This document shows, piece by piece, positions 28,458 to 42,235 of a stretch of DNA of 64,000 nucleotides. A program made the translations under genes and the position numbers. Within the stretch, counting starts at the first letter, position 1. The number at the start of each line of letters is the position of its first letter. The notes under the pieces were generated by a model. That model did not search any database. It saw only the letters and a program-made list of their open reading frames with translations, and had not been told where the DNA came from. Source of the DNA: Eledone cirrhosa (taxonomy: Eukaryota); assembly GCA_964016885.1 (NCBI GenBank), contig OZ024743.1, positions 143,654,001 to 143,718,000 of the forward strand, written 5' to 3'.

Positions 28458-28981
28458 TGGGAGCTGCTTCCTCTGTTGACAAAGAAGGGTTTCTCCCTAC
28501 GAACAAAAGGCCAGTTATATGATGCCTGTGTGAGATGCGCGATGCTGCATGGTAGTGAGACATGGGCAGCAACTGCGGAGGATATGTGACGGCTGGAGAG
28601 AAATGAAGCAAGCATGCTCCCATGGATGTGCAATGTCAATGTGCGTGAATGACCAAGCATGGACAAGTTGAGAGAGAAACTGTGTATAGGAGGGATAAAC
28701 TGTAGTGTGCGGGAGAGAAGACTGTGTTGGTATGGACATGTAATGTGCATGGAGGATGACCACTGGGTAAAGAAGTGCAAATAAATCCTAGTGGAAGGAA
28801 GACACAGTAGAGGAAGACCATGGAAATCATGGGCGGAGGTGGTGAGAGCTGACTTCAGATCGCTGAAGCTCACAGAGGAGATGACGAAGAACCGTGACAA
28901 ATGGAGAGATGTTGTACTGAAAAGGACCCATCCCACCCTTGCAAGCAAGGAAAAATGGACGTAAAATGATGATGATGATGT
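28458..28981 (+). mobile_element. RTE LINE 3' fragment
   Basis: [33 protein letters not shown]; tail CCCTTGCAAGCAAGGAAAAATGGACGTAAAAT(GAT)n. Confidence 0.88.
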
Positions 28982-29715
28982 GTGTGAGTATATATATGTA
29001 TGCTTACATATTCTTTTACTAATTTTCTGAATACTCTATATTTACTATTGTATTTTCACAGTAAAGGCTTTACCTCACATAATATTGAATCTATGAGATT
29101 TTTATACTATTTATTTTGAGAACAATACCTTAAAGTCAGTATGAGCAGCTGGTTACACCCGGTTTGAATAGAAAGAGGTGAAAGAATTGTGGCTGGATAC
29201 AGCCAGTTTAAATGCTAAAGGGTTAATACTAACCACCTCTTCTCATTCCCAACTCATTATTGAAGTCCAACTACTGAAACTTTAATATACAGGCTCTGGA
29301 TATCTATCTTCCAATTTGGATACACACACACACACACACTGATACAAACAGTTATAAAGCTTATATACACACACACACACTGATAACACCCATGAACACA
29401 CACACACACATATGCACAAAGGGAAAAATAACATCAACATGCACACTCACAAAATGAAGTCCATCTACACACACACAATAGTACTAATGATAGACCCACA
29501 CCCTATGTATGTATGCTGAACTACTTGCCTGCCCATCTTACCCATCCTGATAAAACTATTTTTCTTTTCTTTCAGCCTCTTCTTTCTTCAAACTTCTCTC
29601 TTCCCTGATGAAGGACTAATGTCTGATATATTGAAACATTCATTTTCCATTTCCAACAAGCCTGAAACTAATAAGTCTTTGTGTTATTGTATCTGTTTTT
29701 GTTTTGTTTATCTTG

Positions 29716-29743
<28 letters not shown>

Positions 29744-29746
<3 letters not shown>

Positions 29747-29860
29747 GGAACGAGTAGGACCCCGACGGCTGAGCTCAAGCCGTTTCGACGGCTAATTCTG
29801 GTCCAGAATTAGCTGTCGAAACGGCTTGAGCTCAGCCATCGGGGTCCTACTCGTTCCTAT
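29744..29860. repeat. GC-rich near-perfect palindrome (58-bp arms, 1-nt spacer) in (TA)n
   Basis: 29744-29801 is reverse-complementary to 29803-29860 with 2 mismatches. Confidence 0.95.
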
Positions 29861-29936
29861 TACCCACTCTACTACCCTAAGTATTGAGTACTTTGGTGCG
29901 TTATGGTCCACCTGGTTCGTTACCACATTTCCTTCG

Positions 29937-29982
<46 letters not shown>

Positions 29983-30067
29983 GCAAAAGGCAAACAGAAA
30001 TAACAAATCAAATGACACAGTACATTGAAGAAATAAATTAGTTTTACTCTTGATATAGTAGGAAATG

Positions 30068-30106
30068 AGTCTTAACGTTTCAGACGCTAGTCTTTCATCA
30101 GAAAAT
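30068..30106 (-). ncRNA. Minimal type I hammerhead-like motif
   Basis: Minus strand: TTTT-CTGATGA-a-AGAC tagc GTCT-GAAA-CGT-TA-AGA; weak stem I. Confidence 0.5.
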
Positions 30107-30421
30107 AGAATGAGAAATTAAAGAAGAAATAGAAAGATAGATGAGAGTGGACAGTGGCAGAAATGAAAAAAAAATTTCTTAGAGAAAAAACAGGCTTATT
30201 CAAGTTGCATGAGAAAATCAGTTGGTGTTGTTTTCAAAGGCGTTTGTCTACTGAATTTCACTCACAAGACACTGGTCAACCTGATGTTATACTAGAAGGT
30301 GCCATGCAGTGGGACTGAATCTGAAACAACATAGTTACAAAGTGAATTCCTTAACCACACAACTATGCATGTAAATGTGTGTGTCTGTGTGTCTATATGT
30401 CATTATCACTTCTATGTCTAA

Positions 30422-30612
30422 GGGCGGTGGATTGGCTGTATCGGTAGAGGGTCGGACGCCATGCTTTGACGCCAAGAGTTATGGCCCTTGCCATTCTGAG
30501 TTCAAATCCCGCCGAGCTTAACTTTGCCTTTCATCCTTACAGGCTCGATAAAATTAAATACCAGTAATACACTGGGTAATTGCTGGCCTTGTGCCAAAAG
30601 TAGAAATAATTA
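30422..30612 (+). mobile_element. SINE family B, full length
   Basis: A-box-like TGGCTGTATCGG, B-box GAGTTCAAATCC, conserved body and tail. Confidence 0.85.
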
Positions 30613-30871
30613 TCACTTCTATGTCTGTTTTTAATTCTGGCATGGGTTAGATGGGAATTTCTAAGGCATTTTGTTATGACTGAATCTCTTTTCTCATGCC
30701 AATCCGTTTTGTAATTTTTTACAACCTGCAAAGTGTACATATTCTAAAAAAAAACAAATGACAAAAAATAAACACACACACACATATAGATATCAATACA
30801 TACATGGGGTCTTTATGTGTTTACTCAAATTGTTAGAAACAGCAATGAAATCTCACTGAAACCACACTATT

Positions 30872-31160
30872 ATCATCATCATCATCATCTCTGTTTAATG
30901 TCCATTTTTCCATGCTGGCATGGGTTAGATGAATTATCCTGTTGTGAGAAATTCCAGGTCAGGTAACCATGTCTTGCTCATACAGAACCGATTTTGACTT
31001 GGTTTCTACAGCTGGATGCCCTTCCTAATGCCAACCTCATTTACAGTGAGTGTTGGGTGCTTTTTATCGTGATGCCTACACGACCACTTTACAGTGTAGA
31101 TTGGGTATTTTTTGCCGTGACACCTACACGACCACTTTACAGAGTGGACTGGGTGCTTTC
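30872..31160 (-). mobile_element. RTE/SINE 3' tail region
   Basis: (CAT)n, CCATGCTGGCATGGGTTAGA, TTTCTACAGCTGGATGCCCTTCCTAA. Confidence 0.7.
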
Positions 31161-31568
31161 TTGGTGTGTTGCCATCATGATCACTTAACAGTGTGGCCTG
31201 GAGACTTCACTGGATGTATGCTTCAGCATTTAAAAAAAAGGAAGGTCGCACTGGACAAAGTAGTTTTAGATATACAACAAAGACCAGATGATCACATGTT
31301 TCATCATAGATATGCTCTATCAGGGCTGACCTGGGGCTAAATCATACCCCCACACACAAATATAACATACATACACATATAAAATCTATGTACTATTCTA
31401 GAAGTCAGCTAGCCAGCTGTTGTGAAAATATTTTTTAAAATTAGTTATAAAGAGAATATTTGTAGCTAAGTGTTCTGAAACCCACAGCTATTATACTTAG
31501 ATTATAAATTTACATTTTAAAGCCATAATCATTGGCATACTTGATTATATTATTAAATGTCTCAATCA

Positions 31569-33027
31569 TCTATATATATAAAACTGTTGTTGTCTGTGTG
31601 TGTCCGTGTGTGTGTCCCCCTCATTTTTGCTAAGTCAATACAAATCCACATTTCTACTCCGATTGACTTCAAACTTGCATTTATATATTCCTTGCGGTCT
31701 GAAGATATTAACTGCAGCTTTTATTTTTCAATTTTCTGTTGTTAAAGGGGTGTTAGGCGCCGGTTATTCATCTCTGTCGCGCTCCTATAATATCTGTCTG
31801 TATGCCTGGTTGTCTGCATTACGACATTCTGACGAACATTGATGACGTATTATGTTCGCTATTATCCGTTCATTGCCAGGGAACGTCTTCACGAACCAAA
31901 GTACCGTCTTCCTGTTTTCCTTCGGTTGCAACGTTTTTTGAAATATTTACTTCTGCGTTCACAGATTGATGTTTTTAGTTTCAGAAGATCCCATTAAGGG
32001 TGAAAGCAACGATTCTTTGCTTAAACTTTAATCTGTTATTTTAATCTATATATGTACTATATATAAAACTGAGGAAGGATATATGTATGTTCTTCTGGTT
32101 TTATAATTTCACAAATTTTTTCCCAATAGAGAGAGAGTCGGTTTCTAACATAGACACAAGACTCTCTCATTGGAATTTACACAACATCAACTAGGTAGAT
32201 TATGTATACATGCATGCATGTGTAGATATGGATGTGTATGTTTTGAGTTGTATGCGTGCATGTGTATATGCTTTGTATCTGTATGTATGTATATGCAGTT
32301 ATTAGATGCAAAATTTTTGGAATGTTTTACATATTCTTACTGTTCCATTAATGGATTGTACTTGTAATTTCCTGTATGTATGTATGTATGTATGTATGTA
32401 TGTATGTGTGTATGTGTGTGTGTGTGTGGGGGGGGGGGGTGAAACCCGAGAAGTACCCAGCCGATTTTTTTCAAACTTTACATGTGTATTACTTATGTTT
32501 CAGGGAGTGTTACGCACATGAAAACAATTCAACTTTTTGATCCCCTAGGGCCCGCATTAGGTGAAAAACTGCGTTTTTTCAGCTTTTTAGGTGTTTTATG
32601 AGGCGTTACATCAGACCGATTTCCTTGAAATTGTAACTATGTATTAGTCAGTCTCTTCTTCATACCGCGAGCAAAGAAAATCCAACTTTTTTATGGCCTA
32701 GAGCCCCGCCTTAGGTGAAAAACTTCATATTTTCAGCTTTTTATGGCTTTTTTGAGGCATTACGTCTAGCCGATTTTCCCAAAATTTCAAGGCATATTAT
32801 GCACATTAAAAAAATTCATTTTATTGATCCCCTAGGTCCCACATTAGGTGAAAACCTGCATTTTTCCTGCTTCATCGGGGAAAATCTTAAAGATTATCCA
32901 GCCATCAGAGTATTCGGTTTATTTTCTTTACATATTGTCCAGGCATGCAGTTTTTCCACGATTAGGTCTGTTGGCAGCCCGTGTTCCAAAATACCTTCTC
33001 CCGTGCAACACCGGGTACCACTGCTAG
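31569..33027 (+). mobile_element. Composite non-autonomous Helitron
   Basis: A|TC 5' end (TCTATATATATAAAACTG), 3' hairpin CCCGTGCAACACCGGG + CTAG|T; second 5'-end motif near 32045; three internal repeats with TTAGGTGAAAA at ~32.5-32.9 kb. Confidence 0.8.
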
Positions 33028-36000
33028 TAGTCTGGAAAAATTGAGGTTTTCAGTCCAAGAGAACATTGAATCTGTATTCTCCAAATTCAATCTCTAAGTA
33101 GAACAGTAAAAATAAGCAAGTCTTTTCTGTAATTCAAGATGTAAATCTTTAATGTTATTTTTATCTAAATTCCAATGATGGGAATTTATTCTATAGTTAG
33201 AAACAATCTCCTTTATATGAAGAATTTATAGTGGATCTCATTCAATTGAATCAATAAATTACTAGATTTAAAGAATTAATAAAAGAGACATGCATTGTAC
33301 TCCCAACACACATATATATATATATGTGTGTGTGCAGGGTAATGGGGCTATCAATGCATGTGTGTGTCTCTTTACACACACACACATACACATACATATA
33401 TGTATATTAGACCAAAACACACTCACGTGGGGACACATACTCACATATGCATATATGAGATGCTCATTAATTTAAGTTTGGAAAAATACATAAGTGAATG
33501 GCTATGGATGTTGTTGCAGTCATGTAGACATAGGTTAGCTCTGTTTGAGTAGACTTTAGATATGGATGTTGAGAGATTAACTGGGCAGAAACGAGATAAT
33601 AAAAAAAAAAGGAAAAAAAAAAAAAAGAATTTTGTAGTGTTTGGTAAAGAGATGGATTCTCATAATGGGAAACCAATGATGGTATGTTAAGAAAAATTAC
33701 AAAAGTTTATAAAATAACAATATTTTCTGAACAGTAAATAAAGAAAATATCAACAAAATACCTACAATATATCTATATGATTTTACTGATACAGGAAATT
33801 GCTGTTTATAGAAAAATATTTTGTTTTTAATTACATTATGAAAGAGTTATTTTTGTCATTCAAAAGCTCACAAACACTGTTAATTGGTGTCAAAAGTTTC
33901 ATTGCATTATGTGTGACTTAGTCAGACACAGTTCTACTAAGCTTCAAATCAGATACATTAGAACAACACCAGTGATTAGATCACAAACAGTGCAACAAAA
34001 ATGTTGACACCAGAGAATAAATGATAAATGTAAAGTAAATTTAACATTTGCTTGACTAAAATGATTCTTCCACAAGTCTCAAATCGAATCACTTGCCAAA
34101 CAAATACAACTTTCATGTTTCTTTTTGTATCAAGTCTAAAAGCACATGTTGATGGTGTGAATCTGACTTGACCTCTGTAGAGCAGAGGTTCTTACCACTT
34201 TTTTGTTCCATACTCAATCATAGCCCCTCAAAAAAATTGATGTTGCCTCCATATAAAAACATATTTGGTAGTGAAAAGAAACATTGTCCCCTCCCTAGTG
34301 AAATTGCACTCCTTCAGAATTTTTACTGTAGAGGGTCATTTTTGATCAGTGACTGATCCACTGTGGGATGCAGTGGAATAGAATAAACCTCTGTTGGTTT
34401 TGATGATAAGTGGTCTTGGTGTTCGATCAATGGAGCAGCTTAATCATGAAATTGATGTGTAAATCGCTGAGCATTTCACAGACATGTACCCATACTGTAA
34501 TTTTCAGGAAGAATCAGCATGGCACAATGTATGATAAAACCCATTGAATCACAGGTACAGATCAACTTGTAATGAGTATTTCACAGATATGTGTTCCTTT
34601 ACTATAATTCTCAGGAATATTCAGCATAATGCAGTGTGTGACAAAGCTGGCCTTTTGAATTACAGGCACAATTCACCCAACAGGCTTTCATACAGGTTTA
34701 ACCTACCCAATTTTACTGTCAAAGTTTGGGTCAATTCAAGGCTATGGTAACTGACACTTACCCAAGGTGTGACTCTTGATAAAGCTTAAGTCAGACCCAC
34801 ATTGGAGTACTGTAGACATAACAGTTGCCTGGTTCAACAACACCACTTGGTCCTTAAATGCTGCTAGTGAATTCCATTCTATTGCAAGTATTCAAATCAG
34901 ATCTCAAGTTTAAGAAAACTTCTTTTATTCTTCTCACCAGTTTCAAAGGCCATAAAAATGTTATATTGCTCTTCTAGTTAAGCCTTAAAAATTTTAAAGT
35001 TGTATATAGCTAAGAAACATTGCAGTGAGCTATGCTGATAGAACAGATACACACATACAGTGAAATACTGAGTCTTGTAATAATAGTATCATCTTTAGAA
35101 GTTAACCCTTTTGCCTGTAATCCTGGACTTATGAAATAGTAATATCATCTTTAGAAATTAACCCTTTTGATATCAACCTGCCTATAACCACCCTGGATTT
35201 ATAACACAAAACTCCTTATTTTCATATGTTTGTCCTTATATTAAAACCTTCCATCATAATTTATTAAAAGATTTTCTGTTAAGTAAATATCAGCTTGGTA
35301 ATGACAATTTAGTTATTTTAATGATTTCCTCCGAAATTTTTAGTTATTTAAAAAAAAAAGAAGCTCTCTATGGGGTCCCTATTTACTTGACTCTTTAAAC
35401 ACATGCTTCTTTTGCTTAATGGTTAATTCCAAGGTTATCTATACATCCATACATAAAACTACTTCATGCATAATGCAACCTTTGATTCTAGAACAACACT
35501 GACAGGGCTATCATAGTGTAATATTTCAATACTGGGGAAGTTTTTAGAAAAACAATATTTCAGTGATGTAAACACGTGTGAACGAAGGTGTACACACATT
35601 TGAGAAAAGAAAAAAAACAAAACAAAAACAGCAATTAATTTTTCATTTATGTAAGGCATTTGTAGATTTTAGGCAGAATATATAGCAACTGATGTTCTGC
35701 TCTTCATATAGCAACAAGAAAAAAGGCTATGGGGAGGGGGAGTTACCAAAAGTGATCAACAATACTGTGTAAATGTACAAATACTACCTCTTACCCCACT
35801 AAAAAAAAAACACGCTCCTTTTTTTTGCGTAAAAATTTGACCATAAAATCTTGCATTATACTTGAGTATTTATGGTAATTCAAAGGTTCAGCTTTGTCAC
35901 ACAGTACCACGCTGATAGAGCTTGAGGATACACGTGTTTGTAGAATACTCAACCACTTAATGTTAATTCACGAGTTGGATGTCGAGTTGATTGAACAACT

Positions 36001-36179
36001 GAATGTTCATCGTTGAAATCGACGGATGATCCATTGTCATATGAGAGATTTTCCAGTTGCTGCTCACGGGTGATCACATATTACTGAGCTGCAGATACAG
36101 ATACTAAATTATCATATTTTGGTCATAGATGCCCTTATTACACATCAACAGAACTGTCCCAGTAACATCATATTGCTAT

Positions 36180-36385
36180 ATCGGTCGCTCTCCAACAGAT
36201 TTGCAGTTGAGCCCCTAGCAGTGGAGACTTCGGGTGTCCTTGGCCCTAGGGCTAACTCCCTACTCACCATCATAGGTACTGAGCTGGCTAGCCGCAGGTG
36301 TGAGCCTCGCAAGATGGAATGGCTCTTCCAGTGCATCTCCCTCATCATCCTCTGAGGAAATGCCTTCTCTATTCTGTTCGCTGGG
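36180..36385 (+). pseudogene. CRE-clade non-LTR retrotransposon restriction-like endonuclease C-terminus
   Basis: PLAVETSGVLGP...WLFQCISLIIL*GNAFSIL resembles the P.AVET.G...QRLS...RGNA motif. Confidence 0.7.
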
Positions 36386-37111
36386 GCTGTAGGGCAGCCA
36401 GCACGTGGGACCCCATTTGCTCACATTAATGACAGATGGGGAGAGCGAGAGAGATGGAGGTGATGACAGAAGGGAGTTCAGCTCCTCTGTGTTTGGACCT
36501 GGTGTACATGTGTGTGTATGTTTACTTCTATTCATTCGATATGAGAGTAACTTAATCTATTTACTAAAGCTACTCGTAGCTATAGTGTGCACATGCTCAA
36601 TCATATATACGTTAATGTATTCACCTGGTCATTTTCACCTCATTAAATGAGGTACTAATTAACTCATTCAACTGCTGAGTCATTACAAGAATATTGTAAC
36701 ATTTACTAAGTCAGTAGTGTTATATTAATGTCACTACTACTGAGTCAACAGCAAAAATATCACCAACAGTGAACTTCAAAATATCCAAAAAATTCTTGTC
36801 TGGTTTGTTCAAAGCTGACAGGGAGTGGGTTAACAGAATCGTTAGAGCATTGGACACAAAATGCCCCATGGTATTTTTTTTTATTGGTTCTTTACGTTCA
36901 GATTTCAAATCTCACTGAGGTCAACTTTACATTTCATACTTTGGGGTCAATTAATTAAGGGTGTAGTCATTGATAACACATCTCGAATGAAGAATATGAA
37001 AATATCTCATCCGCTTCACTGAATTCAATTTATATACTTCGCTCATATATATATATATATATATATATGAGAGGAACATACAAATTAAATTCAGTAAAGC
37101 AGACTATATAT

Positions 37112-38065
37112 ATCATCATCATCATTATTTTACGTCCGCTTTTCCCTGCTTGCAAGGGTGGGATGGGTCCTCTTCAGCATCTCTCCATTTGTCACGGCCC
37201 TTCATCATCTCCTCTGTGAGTTTCAATGATCTGAGATCAGCTCTCGCCACCTCCGTCATGTCTTCTGTGGTTTTTATCTACTGCATCTTCCTTCCACTGG
37301 GATCACCTGGCACTTCTTCACCCAGCGGTCATCATCCATACGCTTCACATGGCCATACCAACGTAGTCTTCTCTTCTGTATACTACAGATTATTCCTCTT
37401 ATACACAGTTTCTCAACTCATCCATACTTGGGCTTCCACACACATTGACATTGCACATCCATCGGAACACGCTTGCTTTATTTCTCTCCAGCCTTCACAT
37501 AGCTTCCGCAGTTGCTGCACATGTCTCACTACTATGCAGCATTGCTCATCTCACAAGCATCATACAACTAACCTTTTGTTCACAGGGAGAAACCCTTTGT
37601 TGTCAACAGTGGAAGCAGCTTCCTAAACTTCTATCCTGTCCTTACTCTAGATACTATGGCCTCAGAGCATTCTCCTCCTTTGCTAATTTGATCACCTAGA
37701 TATTGGAAGCTATCAACCACTTCTATAGATCCTACCTGCATTTGAAAAATGTGCCTATCATTGACACTTCTACTATCAATTTTCCCTGATAAAGTTTTCC
37801 TTTCCTGTTAGTTTGCCTGCTATCCCACTATACCTCTTGTGTATCCAAGATCTGCATTGTGTACATTCTATATAGTTTATGCCAACTCCTTTTCTATATA
37901 TCAAGCATGGCCATTTCTCTGATGGAATTAGAGTCTTGTCCTCTTTCCTACTTATCAATACTTTAGTCTTTGCGAGGTTCACTCTCAGTCCCTTTGATTC
38001 CAACTGCTGTTTCCACAGCCAAAATTTATTTTCTAGCTCCTCTACTGATTCTGCTATAAGTGTAG
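37112..38065 (-). mobile_element. Degenerate RTE LINE
   Basis: LIAESVEELENKF..WKQQLESKGLRVNLAKTK, WPCLI.RKGVG; (CAT)n tail at left. Confidence 0.88.
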
Positions 38066-38724
38066 CGAAATCTGTCCACACATTGATCCCTGGATGACAT
38101 TTAATGGTCATTTTCTGGGTTATCTCCTTTCGGGCGTCAACAGGTCTGAGATTGAAATACCTCAAGTCTTGGAGACAGAGGAAGCTACATTAGATCAGGT
38201 CAGGCAGTTCAAAGCAGTTCTTGATAGAGTAAACATGTAAAACATTTGCTTTCTACAGACCTTTTGGGGTCTTACAGACTCTTACTTTCTCTTTCTCTCT
38301 TTCACCCAATCTCTATATTTTGGTCTCTCTCACAACCAAGCCAGTGAAGTTCATGAAAATTTCTTGGTAAATACAATTTAACTCTACTTTTACAAACAAA
38401 CAAATAACGTCCATAATTCTTGTGTATTTTTCATATAGCTTCGGTGTGAGTTATTTTCAATAAATAAATAATATAGTGGTTTGGTGTCATCGTCGTTCAT
38501 TTATATATATTTATTTTCTGCGTGATCAAGGAACTATCATATCATCATCATCTTAATGAACAGTCACTCACTTACCTGAACACATGCAACTTCTGGTCAC
38601 ACTGTATAACACAATAGTGACCACACAACACAGCAAGCTACAAGTGAGCATGCATGCAACAAACGAATCAACACCACAACACAAATAAACTACCAACACG
38701 ATCATCAAATATCGTTATATAAAT

Positions 38725-38885
38725 ACCAGCTCGTCAGCATAGAAAGGTTCCCATGGGCAGCCAAGTCTTAAACTCCTCTGTTATGGCTTGAAGAACTATA
38801 ATGAATAAAAGTAGGCTGAGGACCGAACCCTGATGAACAACTACTTGTATCTGGAATTCCTCACTAAACTCCATACGACTCCATT
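38725..38885 (-). mobile_element. RTE RT fragment
   Basis: [35 protein letters not shown]. Confidence 0.8.
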
Positions 38886-38925
38886 AGAAGTTATGGGTTC
38901 ACATACACATACATACATATATATA

Positions 38926-39107
38926 TAATTGTTTCTACTTTAGGCACAAGGCCAGCAATTACCCAGTACTGGTACTTTATTTTATCGACCCCGTAAGGAT
39001 GAAAGGCAAAGTCAACCTCGGCGGGATTTGAACTCAGATCGTAAAGGGACGTAACTATGCTGGAAAGCATGGTGTCTGACCCTCTACCAATACTGCCAAT
39101 CCACCGA
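38926..39107 (-). mobile_element. SINE family B, full length
   Basis: Reverse complement similar to 30422-30612. Confidence 0.85.
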
Positions 39108-39296
39108 TAATTCAAAGTAATCAGTATTGGTTGACCAAGAAATCGACCGACTAGAGTAATCAGACGTAAGCACTCTACGAGTGGTGTACCATAGGGTATT
39201 TATTTGTTACATAATGACTTTAATGTCTTTAAAATGTACAGAACGGGATAATGTAATAAACTGAAGATGTATACGGCATACTGTCTCTCTTCTTTT

Positions 39297-39327
<31 letters not shown>

Positions 39328-40417
39328 ATGTGTATGTGTGTACCCACACACATACACGAGTCGACGAGAGAAGCCTACTCCTAACATTCATATTTCTATA
39401 ATGCATATTAGAAATAAATGGAATTACAGTTGTAGAAAAAAGACGTCGTATTCCCAAAGCTCAGGGGAGTTTCAAATGCATATTATATAACTTCCTTCAA
39501 CGGGTATGTTTGCCTTCCCGATAATCTACCTCCCCATTCACCAATAAACTAGAAGAACTTAAAATTATTAATGCTATCAACTTTCGGGTCGTGTGAGCCT
39601 CTACGCAGTGGTTCGATTTGCTACAAATAGCAACTAAAGCTCCTTTATAACACACCCTACTGTCATTAAACATGACAAATAGGATAATGTGATCTTAGAT
39701 ACATAGCGTCTGAAAAACACAAATGCTGAATGCCTTTTGATCATAGGTTTGTTTGATCAAAGATGACCTGGGGTTAAACAACAGCAATAATTTACTGTAT
39801 ATGATTTGACACAGAAAACTAAGGCAAACATCCGAAATCAGAACAAATAACTAACAAATTTAGGAAATGTTCTAGCATAGCTTTAACTACAATGTTTAAT
39901 GAAAGAGCTATTATATTCACCCTCACATTAAATAAGAGTGTTATCCCCACCTACCCAATGTGTCACGCATACACATTTCTGAAGTAAGCTGGTTCCTTAT
40001 TTTGAATTCAAAGACGAGTTTGTCAAACACTTCCTTTCTCCTCCCCCTTGTTTCCACATGGTTTATCTTGTGGAACACGGCTTTAAACCGTTGTATATCA
40101 TCCATCGGATCATGTGTAGCAGCAGGTTGATGATTGCCTAATTCAACCTCGGGTATATACTTGTCATGACTGACTTTCTATACATGCCTTTAGGTTTGCA
40201 ACCGATACAATAAAGAAAAGTAACAAATATGTAAAAGAATGTCAATAAATACTAGGCTTACTTAGCGGGGTTTCTATTCGGACTTAATTCACTATTAATA
40301 GCAATTTATCAAGGCTACTTGTCTTCAAGCTTTCTTCTCATATACACTAAACCTAATTATTTCGTCACTATACCCACCCATTTTCTAAATTCGGAAATTT
40401 CGATGACTGACATACAT

Positions 40418-40477
<60 letters not shown>

Positions 40478-40605
40478 TTTGTGAGATTATAACACTACTG
40501 TTATTGGAAATTTACCCATTTGATTAAACGCCGAACTGTTTATTAGCTACCTTGCTGTGGACTATTGAGCTTTAAAATTTTCTCTGCCTATGGTTGTAAT
40601 ATCAA

Positions 40606-40674
<69 letters not shown>

Positions 40675-41364
40675 ATTCTGTTTTTAACCTGTCGTGTCAG
40701 TGAATGATGTGAACCGTGAAGCTATTCTCTTTTCCGACACTCAATTATTTGAAAATCTATCGCCCCTAACCGACCCCCAAAAATATTGAATACTTTTCGT
40801 TTGTCACATGCAAAAGTGACGGTCTGCCGGAATACTGTATATTTATATATATTTGTAAGGACAATAAAGATATTAGTCGAAATAATATAAGTTCGAATTC
40901 ACAACCGGTATGAAGTCAGGCTAGAAAGGAAAGAAAGAAAGAATTTAAAAAGTAGGAGGGAGAAAGAGTGTAATAATGTAGCGTAATACTGTCATCTCCC
41001 TGTCACCTCTAATCTAGTTTGTAGCACGACCACTACTACTGCCTTGTATGGGTAATCTCTTTCTTTTCTTTTTTATATTCAAGAAGTTTCTCTTTCCAAC
41101 CGACATAGGGTTGGGTGTTTCTCTGTTTATTACTTACCCGGACTTTTGTTTTATTTCACAACACAAAGAAAATAAGGCCTTGGTCGTCAACTCCCTATGA
41201 CAATATATTTTCGTTCTAAACACAATTCACACTGGTAAGTTAATCACAGTCAAAATTTCAATATTATTCTAATTCTAATTTATTATGAATCGTAATAATA
41301 TTTGTTCATCTTAAATATGTGCTGTGTATAGATTTTTGTGTTGGCTATTTCTATTATAGCAGGA

Positions 41365-41465
41365 TCGATATATTAATAAAATCTCTTTTAGCAGTATCGA
41401 TATATTAATAAAATCTCTTTTAGCAGTATCGATATATTAATAACATTTCTTTTTATAGCACATAT
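41365..41465. repeat. ~32-bp minisatellite, 3 copies
   Basis: TAGCAGTATCGATATATTAATAAAATCTCTTT repeated. Confidence 0.9.
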
Positions 41466-41546
41466 ATCAATATATAATCTGATCCTTTGCTCCTCATCCT
41501 AATTATGTAATGCACTGATTTTTCTTTATTAATTTAGTTTCAACAT

Positions 41547-41640
41547 TAACTTTGCCTTTCATCCTTACGGGGTCGATGAAATAAAGTACCAGTAATGTAC
41601 TGGGTAATTGCTGGCCTTGTGCCTAAAGTAGAAACAATTA
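41547..41640 (+). mobile_element. SINE family B, 3' half
   Basis: AACTTTGCCTTTCATCCTTACGGGGTCGATG...AGTAGAAACAATT. Confidence 0.85.
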
Positions 41641-42141
41641 ATTTAGTTTCAACATTGATATATAATTATAGTATCGGTCACATTCTATTAGGATTCTCCT
41701 CACAAAGTATTGTTATATCTTTCATCGTCAAGAAAACTCTATCTAAAATCCAAATTCGTTACTTATATTCTGTGTTCTTAATACTCCCCACTCCAAAATT
41801 CTATTCTGCATTGTGTGTGAGAATGAATGCTTGTAGAAATAAAACGGTTGGAAAGTGCAAGTTTATTTCTCTATAACCTGTTTATATTTTAAAGATCTCG
41901 ACACCTGTCTCACCTGTTACTTTATTGGTTCCAAATGTAATATACAAGAAAGATTAGAGCATAATTTGTATCGAAATTGGAAACTAATAAAAAATAAAAG
42001 AGGAAAAGAAAAACTTTAAGAATTTGTTTAATGAGAATATTTAAACTAGGTGTGGAATTTTGTCATGTGAAGGATTTGAAAGCGTCTGAATTTTCTATAC
42101 TTTTTTTCCACAGAATAAGTCAATAAATTCTTGACTTTTAA

Positions 42142-42235
42142 ATGGGCATATCTGTTCCTGGTTGGAGTAGTGACGAACCCGCCCAGAATTCATATCGTAC
42201 TGCAAGCAAAAATGCAATTACTATTAAACTTTTAA
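42142..42235 (+). CDS. Candidate first coding exon (MGISVPGWSSDEPAQNSYRTASKNAITIKLL)
   Basis: Strong acceptor ttttctatactttttttccacag at 42113, aaATGG context, donor A|GTGAGC; no homology recognised. Confidence 0.3.

Noticed and set aside
38831-38850. CTGATGA hammerhead box
   Set aside because: It is the antisense of RTE codons VHQG; no GAAA box or stems.
41365-41465. CRISPR-like ~32-bp repeats
   Set aside because: Head-to-tail with no unique spacers, eukaryotic context, no cas genes.
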